Counted from the stretch's first letter, positions 1 to 14,900 are shown. The stretch is DNA of 64,000 nucleotides from Dictyostelium discoideum (GCA_000004695.1 CM000152.2:640001-704000); one strand, 5' to 3'. Numbers and translations are program-made. The notes: generated by a model not told the origin, from the sequence alone.

Positions 1-653
1 TCGCCAGAGTCAAATAGCCATAATGTCGATAATATTCTGTCATTTTCATTTCCATAGATATTTAAATTGTAATTTGATACACCAGGTATTGAGATTGGAC
101 CAAGTTTAGAAAGAGAGCCTAGTTTAATGTCTAATGAGATTAAGTCATATCTTGTACCATTATCATTTGAAGATAGGTCATCATGATTTCCAAATGTGAT
201 TGCCCATGGTATATTTCTAGTTTTTGCCACATTGATTGCATTCTCCCAATATTTTGACACATTGCCATTAATATTATTACCAGTAATTAAATCACCTGTA
301 AATAATATTAAATCAACATTTCCTTCTTTATCAATTATTTTATTCATCACAGCAGTACTATTTATATCTTGTTCTTTACCCCATGCCTCATTTTCACCTT
401 CTCCAAAATGTAAATCTGTAAATTGAATAATTTTAAATTTATTATTTTTATTAAATCTTAATTTATTTTTATTTTCATTATTATCTTTATCAATATTAAT
501 TTTGATTGTTATATGATTATTATTATTATTATTATTATTATTATTTTTTATTATTGATAAACTATCGGTAATTTGAACAAATAAATTTAAAAAAATCATT
601 ACTGTTATTAGAGAAATTATTTTAATTATTTTGACATTTTGGGAATATTTCAT
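1..653 (-). CDS. calcineurin-like metallophosphoesterase (Dcr2-like); 5' portion, gene continues past window start
   Basis: Minus-strand translation from an ATG at about 651-653 gives MKYSQNVKIIKIISLITVMIFLN (a signal anchor), then FTDLHFGEGE, GDLITGNN, AITFGNHDD and WLFDSG. These are the canonical metallophosphatase motifs (D-x-H, GD-x-x-D, GNH[DE]). The frame stays open to nt 1, so the C-terminal part lies outside the window. The ORF track shows only an antisense frame here (196..426 +). Confidence 0.7.
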   Translation of the reverse strand, partial: MKYSQNVKIIKIISLITVMIFLNLFVQITDSLSIIKNNNNNNNNNNHITIKINIDKDNNENKNKLRFNKNNKFKIIQFTDLHFGEGENEAWGKEQDINSTAVMNKIIDKEGNVDLILFTGDLITGNNINGNVSKYWENAINVAKTRNIPWAITFGNHDDLSSNDNGTRYDLISLDIKLGSLSKLGPISIPGVSNYNLNIYGNENDRILSTLWLFDSG

Positions 654-2011
654 TTTTTTTTTTTTTGGTTTTTTTTTATTTGTTTTTTTTTATTTATTTG
701 TTTTTTTTTATTTGTATATTGTGGTATCAATAGTTTGTAAATTGAATTTAAAAAATAAATAAAAGAAAAAAGTAAATACTTTCTTTATATTAAAAAAAAA
801 AAAATTAAAGGGTGTGGGATTTAATTTAATTTTATTTTAATTTTTTATTTTTTTTTTTTTTATTATTTTTTTATTTTTATTTTTTTTTTTAATTCCAAAA
901 AGACACATGAGTTCCAATTTCACATACTCCTCACTCTCTCACCCTTTTATTTTTTTTCTTTTGTTAAATTCACAACGTTTCGCTTTATTAACAAACCTAT
1001 TGCTCTTCCATATCATCATTTTGTAATTTTTTTTTCCTTAAAAATTACAACCTCATTTAATTAAATAATCTTTTTTCCAAATACATAAAAAAAAAAAAAA
1101 TAATAAAAAATAAAAAATAAAATAATAATAATAAAAATAAAGAAAAATTATCTTACAAATTACTATAAATAAATAGAATTTTTAAAATACGACTTATAAT
1201 TTCTAACAGAATACATTTTATTTTTATTTTATTTTATTTTTTTTTTTTTAAAAAAAAATATTATTTCCTCTCCACATACATTTTTTTATTATATTTTTAT
1301 TTATAATTTTAAATCAAAAATGGGTTTAAATTTATATATTGATTGTATAATATAATAATAATAATAATAATAAAAATAGAAATCACCTTTCAAAATTAGA
1401 GTTTAATTTTATCTTTTTATTTGGAAACTGATTTCTTTTAATTATTTTGTGCATGTGGGCATTCATTCCACCTTCTCCTAATTTATAATATTTTATTATA
1501 TTATTATTTTATTATTTTTTTGTATCAACTTTTTGAAGCACTCTTTTTCTTTTAAAATTTTTTTTTCTCCCAATTGGTTAATTGTTTACTATTTATTACT
1601 AATTTTAATATTTATTTTTGTTATTGTAAAAATCGATTTCATCTTGCGATCGCTATTTTTTATATTAATTAAAAAAAAAAAAAAAAAAATTATCATTATT
1701 ATTATTATTGGTGGTATGTGTTGTGGTAAAAAAAATTTTTATTTTTATTTTATTTATTTTATAATTTATTATAAAAATAATTCTAACAGTTTGTTTTTTT
1801 TTTATTAAAATTTTAATTATAACTTTCTCTATAGTAAAGAAAAGAAGTATTTAACAAATCTTTCAAAATTATTATTATTATTATTTATTTTATCTTTGGT
1901 AATCAGTCAGAATTCAATTTACTAATTTTATTAAAAGATTGATTTAATGGATTCGTATATTATTGTTGTTTAAACAAATTAAAACACCCCCTCCTTAACT
2001 CAAAATATAAT

Positions 2012-2042
<31 letters not shown>

Positions 2043-3313
2043 TAAAAATAAAGGTTTAATTCCAAAAGAAAAAAATTGAAAAAAAAAAAAAAAAAAAAAA
2101 AAAAATTATTGTTATTTTAAATAGAAATAGAGTAAAATAATGACAAATAATATTATTTATTTCAATTTCAAAATCATATCCAACCTCCAATTACTCTCTT
2201 CCTTTTTTTGTATCTATAATGATAATATTTTGTTTTGATATTAAATTGTTTAATTTGATTAATAAATAAATGTCTAAATTGTAACTTTCCTTTAAACACA
2301 TTTGTGTGAGTGGGTGTGTGAAAATGGGGGCCTTTTCTTTTTTTTTTTTTTTTTTTTAAAATTATAGATGACCTTTATAAAATCTAAAAAACCAAATTTA
2401 GGATACCCGATTGATATGATGCATTAGATTTTTATTATTAAAATAAATAAACTCTAAATAAAGAAAAATATATATATATGTATATATATATTAGTATATA
2501 AAAAAATAAACACATATAAAAACACTATTCCTACATATAAATTTTTTTTTTTTATATTTATTTATACACACACACTCAGATACTTTTTTTTTTTTTTTTT
2601 TATATTTTTTTATTTTTTTATTTTTTTTTTTAGTATAAATAAATACATATAATTATTTTTTTTTTAACCCCCAATTTGATTATTATACTTTTTTTATTTA
2701 ATCTACGGAATATTAAATAAATATTTTGTTTTTTTTATACTTGCATTTTTTCTTAAAACTTACTTTAATCTTTAAAATTATTATGATACTTTAATATTAT
2801 TGGGTATTTAATTCAATTTAATTTTATTTTTTTTATTTTAAAGGTTCTAAAAGATTACAAAGAAATAATTGGAATTTCTTTAAAATTAAAAAAATAATAG
2901 TAAAATTACGATTTACAATTCAATTAAATCAAATAAAATTGGATCAGTAGTAAAAATAAATTCTCACACATACTCTCTCTCTCTCTCTCTCCCTCTCTAA
3001 GTCAAATTCAAAATGGAATTTAAAATATTATTATTATTATTATATAAAATTTTAATAGATGGTACTTTACTTGAGGCAGTTTTTAATATTTATTATTTAT
3101 TTTTAAATTAAATATTTTTTTATAAAAAAAATCCTTATTTATCTATTACCGTCCTCTCTTTCATTTATTATTTCCCACTCTTTAACCAATTTTATTCATA
3201 AAATTTAAAAAATATTGGTATTTTTACATTTTTTTTTTTTTTTTTATCTTTAATGAAATATTAAAGTGATATTGAGTGTTTTCTTTTTATGTATATATTT
3301 ATATGTGTGTTGT

Positions 3314-3345
<32 letters not shown>

Positions 3346-3663
3346 TTTAATAAATAAATACGAGTGTTTAAACCTAAATAATATCAAAAAGTTTAATTTA
3401 ATGCGTTTAAAATAAAAACTACCACTATTTTAAAATATTATATAGACCATTACTACTACAATAATATTAATAAATATCACTACAAATCAATCAAAAAAAA
3501 AAAAAAAAAAAAAAAAAATAAAATAAAATTAAAAATAAAATAAAATAAAATAATTTAATAAAAAAAAAAAAAACAAAACAACCAGATAATATTATATCCA
3601 TTTTTTATTTCTTTTTATTATTATTATTATTTTTAATAAAAAAAAAGTAAAAAAACAAATAAT

Positions 3664-3702
<39 letters not shown>

Positions 3703-3990
3703 AAAAAAATACAAATATATATTTATTCAATTATTAATAAAAATATCATTACAAGTAAACTATTACTATATTTTTATAAAAATCAATATATATATATAAA
3801 TTAATTTAACGTGTATATAAAAATTTTAATTAGTGTGTGATTGTGTGTGTGCGATATTAAAGGATTATTAATAATAATAATAAAAAAAAATAGGAAATTA
3901 ATAAAAAATAAAAAAATAAAAAAAAAAAAAATAATTAATTAATGTATAAAAAAAAGTTATCTAGATTTTATAAAAATTAAAATAATAATA

Positions 3991-4193
<203 letters not shown>

Positions 4194-4202
4194 TTAAAAA
4201 TA

Positions 4203-6299
4203 ATGAAAATTAAAAATAAAACAACAAAATGTTTTACAATAATACCTCCTTCTTTAACAACTTCAACAACAAAAAATATAAAATTAAGGAATTATAATTT
4301 AAATAATATTTATATTTTTTTAATTATAATTTTAATAAATTTAATAATGATTGAGCCAATAAAAAGTATGGAAAATCAAATTAATTTAACACCATTGGCA
4401 AGTATGCCAGTTCAACCATATTATATATTTCAACAAACTATAAATCATTTATCGTATGATACAATTGGCACATTTGAACAAAGATTTAGTGTCAATAAAA
4501 AGTTTGTACCGATTAATGGTAAACCCAAAGCTGTATTTTTTTTAGTAAGTGGTGAAGGACCTTTGAGTTCAGAGATTGTCAATCATAATCCATTCGTACA
4601 GATTGCCAATGAGACCCAAGCATTAATCGTTGCCTTAGAGTTACGTTACTATGGTGAAAGTATGCCATTCCTAAATATGAATAATAGTAATATGGCCTAC
4701 TTGACAACTGATCAAATATTAGAAGATTTGGCAACTTTTCAAGTATTCTTTACAAACAAGTATCAATTGAATGACATAAAATGGATAATAATGGGTTGTT
4801 CATATGCGGGTACTATCTCTGCTTGGTATCGTTTAAAGTATCCTCATCTGGTGACTGCCGCCATCGCTTCTTCGTCTCCATTTCGTGCGGAATTACGTTT
4901 CACAGAGTATGATGTCAAAGTTAGACAAAATTTAGGTGCTCCGTGTAGTAAGGCCTTTAAAAACCTATTCTCCTACATCGAGCATCTAATGATTAAAAAT
5001 AATAGTTATGTTAAATCAAAATTCACTTGTGAAAGACAATTAGATGATCGTATGTTCCTATATCTCTTATCTGAAGCTTTAACCTATTCTGTCCAATATG
5101 ATGCAAGATTTAAAATTATATCTGGTGTATGATTAATTATTTAATTATTTAATTAATTAAAAAAAATATATATAATATTTTATTAATTTACTTTTTTTTT
5201 TTTATTTTTTATATTTTTAATATATTTTATAGTTTTGTCCAAAATTTGTAAAATTAACCAATAGTTCAGAAGCATTATTAGATATGTTTTCATCCTATGT
5301 AAAGAATATGTTTTTATTTCAAAATGTCTCATGTGATGCTTATAATTTATACGAGTTTGCAAGTAATGAAATTGACTATTCTGGTACACGTTCTTGGACA
5401 TGGCAATTATGTAGAGAGTATGGTTGGTTTATGGTACCATCAGGACCAGACTCTTTTAAACCACAATCATTGGGTGAATGTTGGTGGCAAAATGATGTTT
5501 GTAAAACATTATATGGTAGAGCAATGAGACCAACCGTTGATCGTATTAATATGGTCTATGGTTCAACAAATTTTAAATATATAAGTAATGTTTTATTCAC
5601 AAATTGTGGTAATGATCCTTGGAGTACCCTTTCAATTGATCCATCTGTTTCCTTACCATTTTCACAACAAATTCATATACCTGGTGAATGTAATTATAAT
5701 ATTTATTATTTATTATTATTTATATATTTAAATTTATTTTAATTTTTATTAATTTTATTTATTAATTTTATTTTTATAGCTCATTGTGCAAATTGGTTAT
5801 CTGAACAACCAAGTGACTCAATAGAGTTAAAGAATGCAAGAGCATTGGCAAATTCATTCCTAAGACAATTTATAAGACCAGATTGTGATGAAAATGATTG
5901 TAGTACAAAGAATGGGTTATGTATTGCCAAAAAGTTAACTGATTTACAAGCTACATCCGTTTGTATTTCAAATGGGAAAATTCAAATTTCAAATCAATTA
6001 AAAAATCAATTAAATATAATGAAAGAGAATGGTACTACTAGCACAACAACAACATCAAATAATGGTAATCCTTCAACTACAAGTAATTCAAATAATAATA
6101 GTATAAATAACGAAAATAATTTATCATCACATGCCGGTAATAGTATGGATGTCGATGAGGATGACCAAAGAGAAGTTTGCTCCAGTAATGGTTCAATGTC
6201 TTCTTCTTCACCATCTAAAAATTCATTATATTTTACAAATACTCTTGCATTAACAACTACTTTATCATTTATTTCAATATTATCGACTCTAATTTTAAT

Positions 6300-6306
<7 letters not shown>
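4203..6306 (+). CDS. serine carboxypeptidase S28 family (prolylcarboxypeptidase/DPP7-like), 3 exons approx join(4203..5126,5233..5689,5780..6306), with S/T-rich C-terminal extension and hydrophobic tail
   Basis: Exon 1 contains GCSYAGTISAWYRLKYPHLVTAAIASSSP, where GxSYxG is the S28 active-site serine motif. A GTATGA donor follows ...ISGV and a TTTTATAG acceptor opens exon 2. Exon 2 encodes ...GNDPWSTLSI...HIPGE with the late Asp region of the family. A GTAATT donor and TTTTATAG acceptor lead to exon 3, which starts (S)HCANW with the catalytic His. The frames join in phase 0 / 1 / 1. The C-terminus is an NST-rich linker ending LALTTTLSFISILSTLILIL, which resembles a GPI-attachment signal. Confidence 0.75.
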
Positions 6307-6347
<41 letters not shown>

Positions 6348-7252
6348 AAAAAAAAAAAAAAAAAAATGATTAAAGAAAGAAAAAAAAAAAAAAAACATCA
6401 ATAAGTTTTATGTATAGTATTTATACAATTATTTATGGTGTTTATTTATTTTTTTGGTATGAAAAAAAAAAACTGATTAAAATTTATGGAAAAAAAAAAA
6501 AAATAAAAAAAAAAAAAAATAAAAAAAAGGTATTCTTTTTTTTTTTTTTTTATCTTTTTTTTTTTTTGTATTTCTTTTTTAAAAAAAATAAAAAAAATAA
6601 AAAATATTTAAAAAATTTAAAAAGAAAATAAACAATCTTTTTACCAATTGTTCATATATATGTGTTTAAAAGTATTTTATTTAAATTAAAATTAACATAA
6701 AAAAAAAAAAAGACTTAATCGCCAATATATTATTTTTTAACAATATTAAAAAAAGATATTCAATAATAATATATTTTGAAGTATTGTTTTGTAGTAATAA
6801 TCTTGTGATTTTAATTTTGTCACAATTGTTTTATTTCCAAAAAAATTTTAATTTTAACCAGTTTTTTCATTTAATAAAAGTCAAATGAAGTTCAAAATTT
6901 CCAGAATAATTAATTATTACTCAAAATCTCAAAATAAAATAAATAAATAAATATAAAAACAAAAAAAAAAAAAAAAAAAAAAAAAAATCAGATATTTTTT
7001 TTGGGAATACCACTGGTAACCTCGAAAAAAAAAAAAAAAAAAATTTTTTGATTTGTTGGAATAAAAATAAAATTAAAAATAAAAAAAAAAAAAATAAAAA
7101 AAAATACTAATTAAAAAAAAAAACAAATAAATCAAACAATAACTTCCTTTTATATAATTTTCAAATGTTAACATCATAATTGTTGATGGACACAGTAAAC
7201 CACTTAAAATTATTTGTTTTTTTTTGTTTTTTTTTTTATTTAATTTTTTAAT

Positions 7253-7296
<44 letters not shown>

Positions 7297-7785
7297 ATTT
7301 TTTTTTATTTTTTTTTTTATTTTTTTTTTTTTTCAGAAATTAATTTTTTTTTTTTTTTCACACAAAGGGTTGACACACCACATTTAATTGTAGATAGAAG
7401 AAGAAAAAAAAAAAAAAAAAAAAATCTTAGATAAACAATTATAATTTATATATAGGAAATTTATGTTTATATATTATAATAAAAAAAATAAATATCAATT
7501 ATAAATAACTAAAATAATATAAAATAATAATAATATTGCCACAGAATCTCATTTGGTCCCTAATAAATTCAATTTGGTCTAAAAGTATAAAAATACAAAA
7601 TTTTTTTTTTTTTTTTTAAAATAAAAAAAAAAAAAAAAATAAAAAAAAATAAAAAATATAAAATTGTAAAAATTATACAATTCTTTCTTTTTTTATTATC
7701 CTTAAAGGGTGATAATATAACAATTTAATAATATAATAATAATAATTATAATAAAAATAAGAAATAATAAATAATAAAAAATTTT

Positions 7786-7816
<31 letters not shown>

Positions 7817-7937
7817 GTTCTTTTAAAAAAATAAAAATAAAAAAAAAAATTCAGCAGTTCAAATCAATCGTGTATAATAAAATAAAATAATAATAATAAA
7901 TAATAAATAATAATAATAATAAATAGAAAACTTAAGA

Positions 7938-8964
7938 ATGAATGGAAATAAAAAGATTATAAATCAAATCATTAGGAATGTTGTTCAACAAAACAGTATA
8001 CCCGATGGTACAATGCCAAGTGCAGAGGCATCTTTTGCACTAAATAAATATTTGGATGATCCAAATACTGTAGATTTAGGTATGTTTATACAATTACTAA
8101 TAATAATCATTTATTCTCTATATTATAAATTATTATATATTAATATATTGAATTAATTTTTTCAACTCTAAAATTTTAACACCACACATACATACACACA
8201 TACACACACACACACCACATATAATTAGTTTATATAAATTTAATAGAAAGAATTAGAAATGAAAGATCAAATTATGAACAGGTGTTATCAAGAATATTAA
8301 AATTAATAAAGAATAATATAGCAATACATCCACCTTCATGTCAGATATTACTAGATTTGGATAGTTTTTTCTTATTACTTTCGCCTACTTGTGGTTTATT
8401 GGTTCAAAAAACAATTACATATATAAGAGCACTCATTGCTAACCAAGTTAAACAAAACCCAAGTTATGATCACATAAAGAAAACTTTGGTTTTAAATAAT
8501 AATAATATAAATAATAATAGTTTAAATAATAGTCATGGTATTGAGCATAGGTATTTTTTATATTTATAAAATCTTCAAAAAAAAAAAAAAAAAATATTTT
8601 ACTTATATATTTTTAAAAATTTTATTTTTATTTATTAAAAGCAGTGGTCATAAAAAAACAAATAGTGGAAGTATTGGATTTTTAAGGTATAGAAGTCATT
8701 CAGCGTCAAATTCACAGGTTACCAATAGAGATGATTTTTCATTTCAACGTTCATCATTAGATCTAAGTAATATGTTAGCAACATCAATATCATCAACTAC
8801 ATCATCCAATTCATCCTCATCATCATCATCACCAGTTTCACAAAATGAATCACCTTTAAAAAATACCCTTTTAAGTAATAGTCAAAATAATAATCAAAAT
8901 CATATTAATAATCAAAATCAAAATCAAAATCAAAATCATTTATCTCCGACTTTATCGTCACATC

Positions 8965-9015
<51 letters not shown>

Positions 9016-9183
9016 GTAATAGCAATAGTAATAGTAATAATAATAATAATAATAACAATAACAATAATAATAGTAATATATCTGCGTCCATTAATAGTAA
9101 TAATAGTAATAATGAAACATTAGTATCATCTGTAATATCATCAAAAAATAATAATCATGTATCAAATATAAATAGCAATAGTA

Positions 9184-9234
<51 letters not shown>

Positions 9235-11110
9235 TTGAACAACAACAAAATTCTATATTAACTGGGTCAAATTTAAGTATTGTTGGACATCAGAATAATA
9301 ATGGATTAAGTAATAGTTCAAATCAGCTTGGAGGATCAAATAGTAATATATTAAAAGAAAGTACAAGTTCAGTTTCAAGTAGTGGTTCACCTAACTTTTT
9401 AGTTGATGGCTTTATAAGAGATTTAATGTCTATTAAAGCTTCTTCAAAATCTCAAATTAGTATGTAGTTTAATTTATTAATTCATTTATATTTTAAAATA
9501 TACCTAACATTTTTTTTTCTTTTAATAATAATTTTCTAGAAGCACAAAGTTTATTAACATATTCACCATTTGGTGGACTAAATAGTCAAAATGAGAATAG
9601 TCCAAAAGCAGTTAATAAGGATATATTTAAATGTCCAGATGATTCACAAAATCATTCAAGAATAAATATAGTTAGAGAATCTAAAAAGAAAGCGGAAAAG
9701 AAAGATCAAACCATTTATACATTTCGAAGAAGAAAACCAGCATTATTTCAATATAAATACTATAAGGATCAAGAGCCATTGAAAATCACTGAACAAGAGA
9801 TAACTCAAGTGGTTAGAGTTATCATTAATCCTGCAACACCACAAGATAGATCAATTGCAACCAAAATATTTATAAAGATCATTTTGGATATTTATTGTCG
9901 TGACGGTTTAGTCGTTCAAAGTTCAGAGAAATTGATTTCAAATTACTTTCATCAATTCATTTCAAGTGTAAATAGAGATACTCGTGCTCATACTTTTAAT
10001 ATTTTATTCAATTTATCAATTCATATTAATCTATATTCAGAATTAAGATTAGAAGATCATCAACAACAACAACAACACCACCACCACCACTCAAATAGTC
10101 AACAACATAATAATAATTTATCAATGATACAAGAATTACACGAGTCAATATTTAGAATAGTAATTGAAATGATTCAATATTTAGTTGATAATAAAGAAAA
10201 AGATGAAAGAACTTGGTCAGAATCATTAAGTTGTGTATTGTTTTTTATAACAGAAGAAGGTGTAGTTCTAAAGGATAAATTGTTCCAATTGAATTCTCAA
10301 ATGATTGCAGCTTTCTTATCAAATATTCAAGATCTAATGAGTGATAGCGTTAGAAGAGTATTAATTAGAATGTTGGCTACTTTTCTTTACAAAGACCCAA
10401 TGGGTAATCATATAAACAATCAAAATAATCTATTGTTTTTAAATGAAGAAGAATTTAATGCAGTTGGTGGTATTCAATTCATACTACAGTTATATACTAC
10501 CGTTAGATCAAGCGAAGCAAAGAATAACCTATTTGTAATTATATTTGATTATGTCCTTCATACAGCTTTAAAGACTCAAACCATTGTTGAAGCTCAAATT
10601 GTAAATGAATCACCATTGCTATTAGAACTCTTTAGAAGATCTGATGCCTCTCATTATTTCACTCAAATTTTCAAATGTATACCAGAACATGGTTTTATTT
10701 CAAAGTTTTTTCTCTACACTTCTGAAGAGGCTAAACATGATTCCTCCTATAGTTACGAAGATTTAATCATAAAGTTCACAATGAAACTTGAAGAATTTGC
10801 AACTCGTTATCAAAGTGTTGATTCAAATTTCGAAAGATTAATAATCGATTGTCAAGAGATACCAGAGAAATATCAACAAATTCTCACTGATTCCTTATCA
10901 AATGAAGATGATGAACAATCATTATTCAACGCTGAAAATTGGTTATTCTTACTCTTAAAGAGAGTTTTAATTGATAAAGATGAAAATTATTCACATTTTA
11001 ATTTCTCCATTAATATTTACTTTCAATTGGCTTCAAATTTAAGTACAAGATTAAGAAGAATTTATATTTCAATAACTGAAAGATTATTATTATTATCAAA
11101 ATTTAGAGTA

Positions 11111-11153
<43 letters not shown>

Positions 11154-11817
11154 AAATTAAAAAGTATTAATTAAATATTTTATTATATATCAACTATAGT
11201 TGTCAATAAATGAAACTAAAACAAGTGAAATATTTGATATGTTTAATGAAAGATTTACAAGATTAATTTCTCAAGGTGAAAAATCAGAAAACAATCTTAT
11301 GTATATAGTTGATATTTTATTTGATATGATTTACAAGAGAGCAGGTACAGGTTTATTAAGATCGAAAGAGTCGGTACCAGATACAAATTATTCATTGTTT
11401 TTAACGAATCAATTCGTGGTATCCCTATCACTTTTGAAATTATTTAATATCAATATCATTCAGTATCTATTCAACAATATTCAACACAGTGAAAATACTA
11501 AAGAGCAAAGACTATTCTTGTTACACATTCTAATTCAACGTTGTAAAGATAGTGAAGATTTATTAAAAGTTGGTGGTATTGGATTTTTTAAGAATCTATT
11601 ATCGGATCTTTCAACTCCAATCGCTTACCATTCAAGTTACTTTTTATTGACCCAATTGGAAAATGATTCACCCGAACAATATCGTTCTATCTTGACTCGT
11701 TTACTTCAAAAAGCAAGAGATAACAATAATGAAAATTTACTTTCAAATCCATTTTTCCAAGTTCAAGGTATTGTTGAAATGTCACTTCAACAACCAATTC
11801 AAAATAAAAATTAAATA
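7938..11817 (+). CDS. uncharacterized low-complexity (poly-N/S/Q/H) protein with C-terminal helical (ARM/HEAT-like) region; 5 exons approx join(7938..8079,8247..8550,8641..9459,9540..11111,11200..11817)
   Basis: Five ORF-track segments (7938, 8282, 8535, 9779 and 11200) connect in frame through canonical GTATGT/GTATTT/GTAAGT donors and ...TAG/AAG/TAG acceptors. I verified the phases as 1, 2, 1 and 0. I recognise no named domain. The C-terminal part (GIQFILQLY..., VGGIGFFKNLLSDL...) looks alpha-helical repeat-like. Confidence 0.55.
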
Positions 11818-11889
11818 ATAATTAAAAAATAAATAAATAAAAAAAAAAAAAATAAAAAAATTTAAGCAAACAAATAAAAAAAAAAAAAA

Positions 11890-11953
11890 CCTATGATAAT
11901 AGTAAAAAATATCTATATTAATTAATATAGATATTTTTTACTATTATCATAGG
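11890..11953. other. 64-bp perfect palindrome (inverted repeat with no spacer) in the convergent 3' intergenic region
   Basis: cctatgataatagtaaaaaatatctatattaat|taatatagatattttttactattatcatagg equals its own reverse complement. It sits 73 bp downstream of the plus-strand gene stop at 11817 and at the 3' edge of the minus-strand PKS fragment. Confidence 0.9.
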
Positions 11954-11959
11954 TAATGA

Positions 11960-14900
11960 TAATTTATATAGATTATATGCTCCAACAACTTTTGGATCAT
12001 ATGTTCTATCTAAATGATTCTTATCAATATCTAATATTGGTGAATCAATATTCATAAATTGTTGCCAAATGAATAATTGATGCAACTGGTTCAACATTTT
12101 TATTATTATTGTAGAATGTATTGATTGAATTATTTAAATCATCATAGTTTGAATTTCTATTTTGGTTTATTAGTTTTTTAACTTCCCATTTACAACTTGA
12201 TTTTGAAATTATTATAATATCTTTTAAATGTTTTGGTGCATGATTAATAATCCATTTTGTAATAATTGGTGAAATACTAGTTTGACCAGTAATTAATAAA
12301 GTTGATGGTAATGAATTAATTTCATAATTTGTTTTGATAATGGTCTTATTAATTGTAGAGTTTGAAATAAATTGATCAAAGTTTTGGAAATCAACAACAA
12401 TTTTACCAATGTGTTTTCTATCATTAACATAATAAATTGCTTTTTTTGTTTTTTCGACATAAAATTCTGAAATTGGGATCATTTCTAATTTACTATTGCC
12501 AATATCTCTAAATTATTCTGATAAAATATTAGTAATTCTTGGATTATGTTTACAAACTCTTTCAATATCTATTGTATTATAACCAACATTAAATTTGAAA
12601 TTATTTAAATCAACATTATCATTATCAATTAATTGAGTCATTGATAAACATGAAATTCTTCCAATTTCACTCAATGCATCAAAATTATATTTCAAAAATT
12701 CAACTGATAAAGTATCTAAAATCAAATCAACACCCTTTCCATTAATTTCTTTAATTCTATCACTAAACCTTTTTGATAGTGAACTTGTTTCAGTTGAAAG
12801 TATTTTTGTAATAATATCACCATAATTTTCTAATAGATATTGTTTCTTTTCTTTTGATCCACCAATTGTTACAAAAACATTACCACAATGTTCTTTAGAT
12901 TTTAATAATTTCAATGCAGCCAAACCAACACCGCCACATGCCGAATGGATTAATACTGATTCATCCTTTTCCAATCTACCTAAATGATATAGTGAATAAT
13001 ATGAACTCATATATACCATTGGAATTGATGCTGGTTCAACAAATGATATATTGGTTGGTTTATGAACGAACTAAACGAATGTGGAATTAAACTGGCTACT
13101 TGCTCGTTTAATTTAAATTTGGTAACTTTAGAACCAACTTTTGTTATGATACCAGAACATTCCAAACCTAAAGGTGGATTATAGATATTTCTTTTTGCAA
13201 AAATTTCTTGTGGTAATAATGCTCTCGTTGTTAAATCAGTTCTAAAATAAAATTCAACTTTGTATTTATTTTTTGAACTTGGGAATAAATTTGTTTGTAA
13301 TTTATATCTATTTCCTTCAGTGATAAAAACTGGTAATTTTTTAAATTATGAATTAATATATCTTTTCGTTTGAAAATGTTCGATATATTATCAATGTATC
13401 CACTTCCTGGGAATAAAACTTTTCCTTTAACTCTATGATCATTTAAAAATTTATACATTTTATTTGATGTATCAATTATTGAATGATAAGTTTCGACACC
13501 ATTTATTGATTTTCTACCTTAAATATCAACTGATGGACCTTCTAAAATTTTCTTTTTACTTTTTAATGGATATGACCAATGGATTTCATCATCCCATTGA
13601 TATCTTGGTAGCGATGATGTTGAATCCTTATAGAATTTATCATTTAGTTCTTTTTGATTAAATTGACTTTCAAAATTTAAATTTAAACCAAATCTATTCA
13701 ACGACATGATTGTTGAATTAAAAGAATCAATTTGAGAAGACATCTTCTTATTTAAACTTGTCAAAATTAATGGTTTCAAATTTTTATCTGATGGGATTGA
13801 TTTTTTAATATAATATGCTAATGTTGGAGTTGGTGCTATCTCAATAATAACTGGGTTTTTAAATGATGAATCTTGTTGGTTATCTAAATATTCAAATATT
13901 GATTTAATTGCCTTATTGAATTGTACAGGATTTCTAATATAATTATAAATGTAATCAACATTCATTTGTGATTTTTCAGTTAATTGATCACCATAATGAG
14001 TTGAGAATAATACCTTCATTGGTTTATTTGCATATTTCATATTTATTAAATCTGGGTTATAGAAACCATCTTTAATAATTTCTTGTTTTGATGAATGGAA
14101 TGCAGTGAGTGAACTTAATAATGAAGAGAATATATTATTATTTTGTAAAATAGTTGACAATGATTTTAATTCATTTTCATCACCTGAAACTACGATTGAA
14201 TCTTCAGAATTAAAACATGAAATTTCTAAATTCGGATAACTATTTGAATATTTATTGATTCCTTTTCTCTTAAACCAATTGATAACATTCTACCCATCCT
14301 ACAGTTTTATTTTGAAGCATTGCTCTATAGTAAGAAATGGTGCATGCAGTTTCCAAATCAATAATATTTGAGCAATATGCGGCTGCAACTTCACCAAAGG
14401 AATGACCTAAAATAATTGATGGTTCAATACCCCAACTTTAATATAATTCAACTATTGAAATTTGTAAAAAAAAGAGATATGATTGTGCATTTATTGGTTA
14501 TTAATTTCAATACTATTTGCTGATAATGAATTAACATGTTGGAATACAGAATATTTAAAATGATTTGGTAACATTTTATCAACTTTTATTAATGTGTTTC
14601 TATATAATTCATTATTTTCATATAATTCATTATGCATACCAATATATTGAGGTCCTGCAAAAACAAATATGATTGATGTTTGTTTAACTGGTTTTGAAAT
14701 CTGAAATTGTTGATGGAGATAAAGTTATTGATTTTTCAATTTCATTTAAATCATTCCAATTATTTACCGATACAATATTACGAGCACCAGAAAATATTGT
14801 TTTTGATAAACAATGCTTTTTAACAAAATCTTTAAATTTCATTTTTCCAGAACATGAACCAATATTTTCTTTAATTGTATTTAAATATCTATCTAAAGAA

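Noticed and set aside
1533-1808. 91-aa low-complexity ORF in the intergenic gap.
   Set aside because: It is poly-K/I/F from homopolymer runs. It has a GTG-type start in the ORF track, no splice or Kozak context, and no domain.
6006-6401. Minus-strand ORF of 131 aa, mostly poly-F.
   Set aside because: It is the antisense of the S28 peptidase last exon plus the poly(A) tract. Its composition is an artefact of homopolymers.
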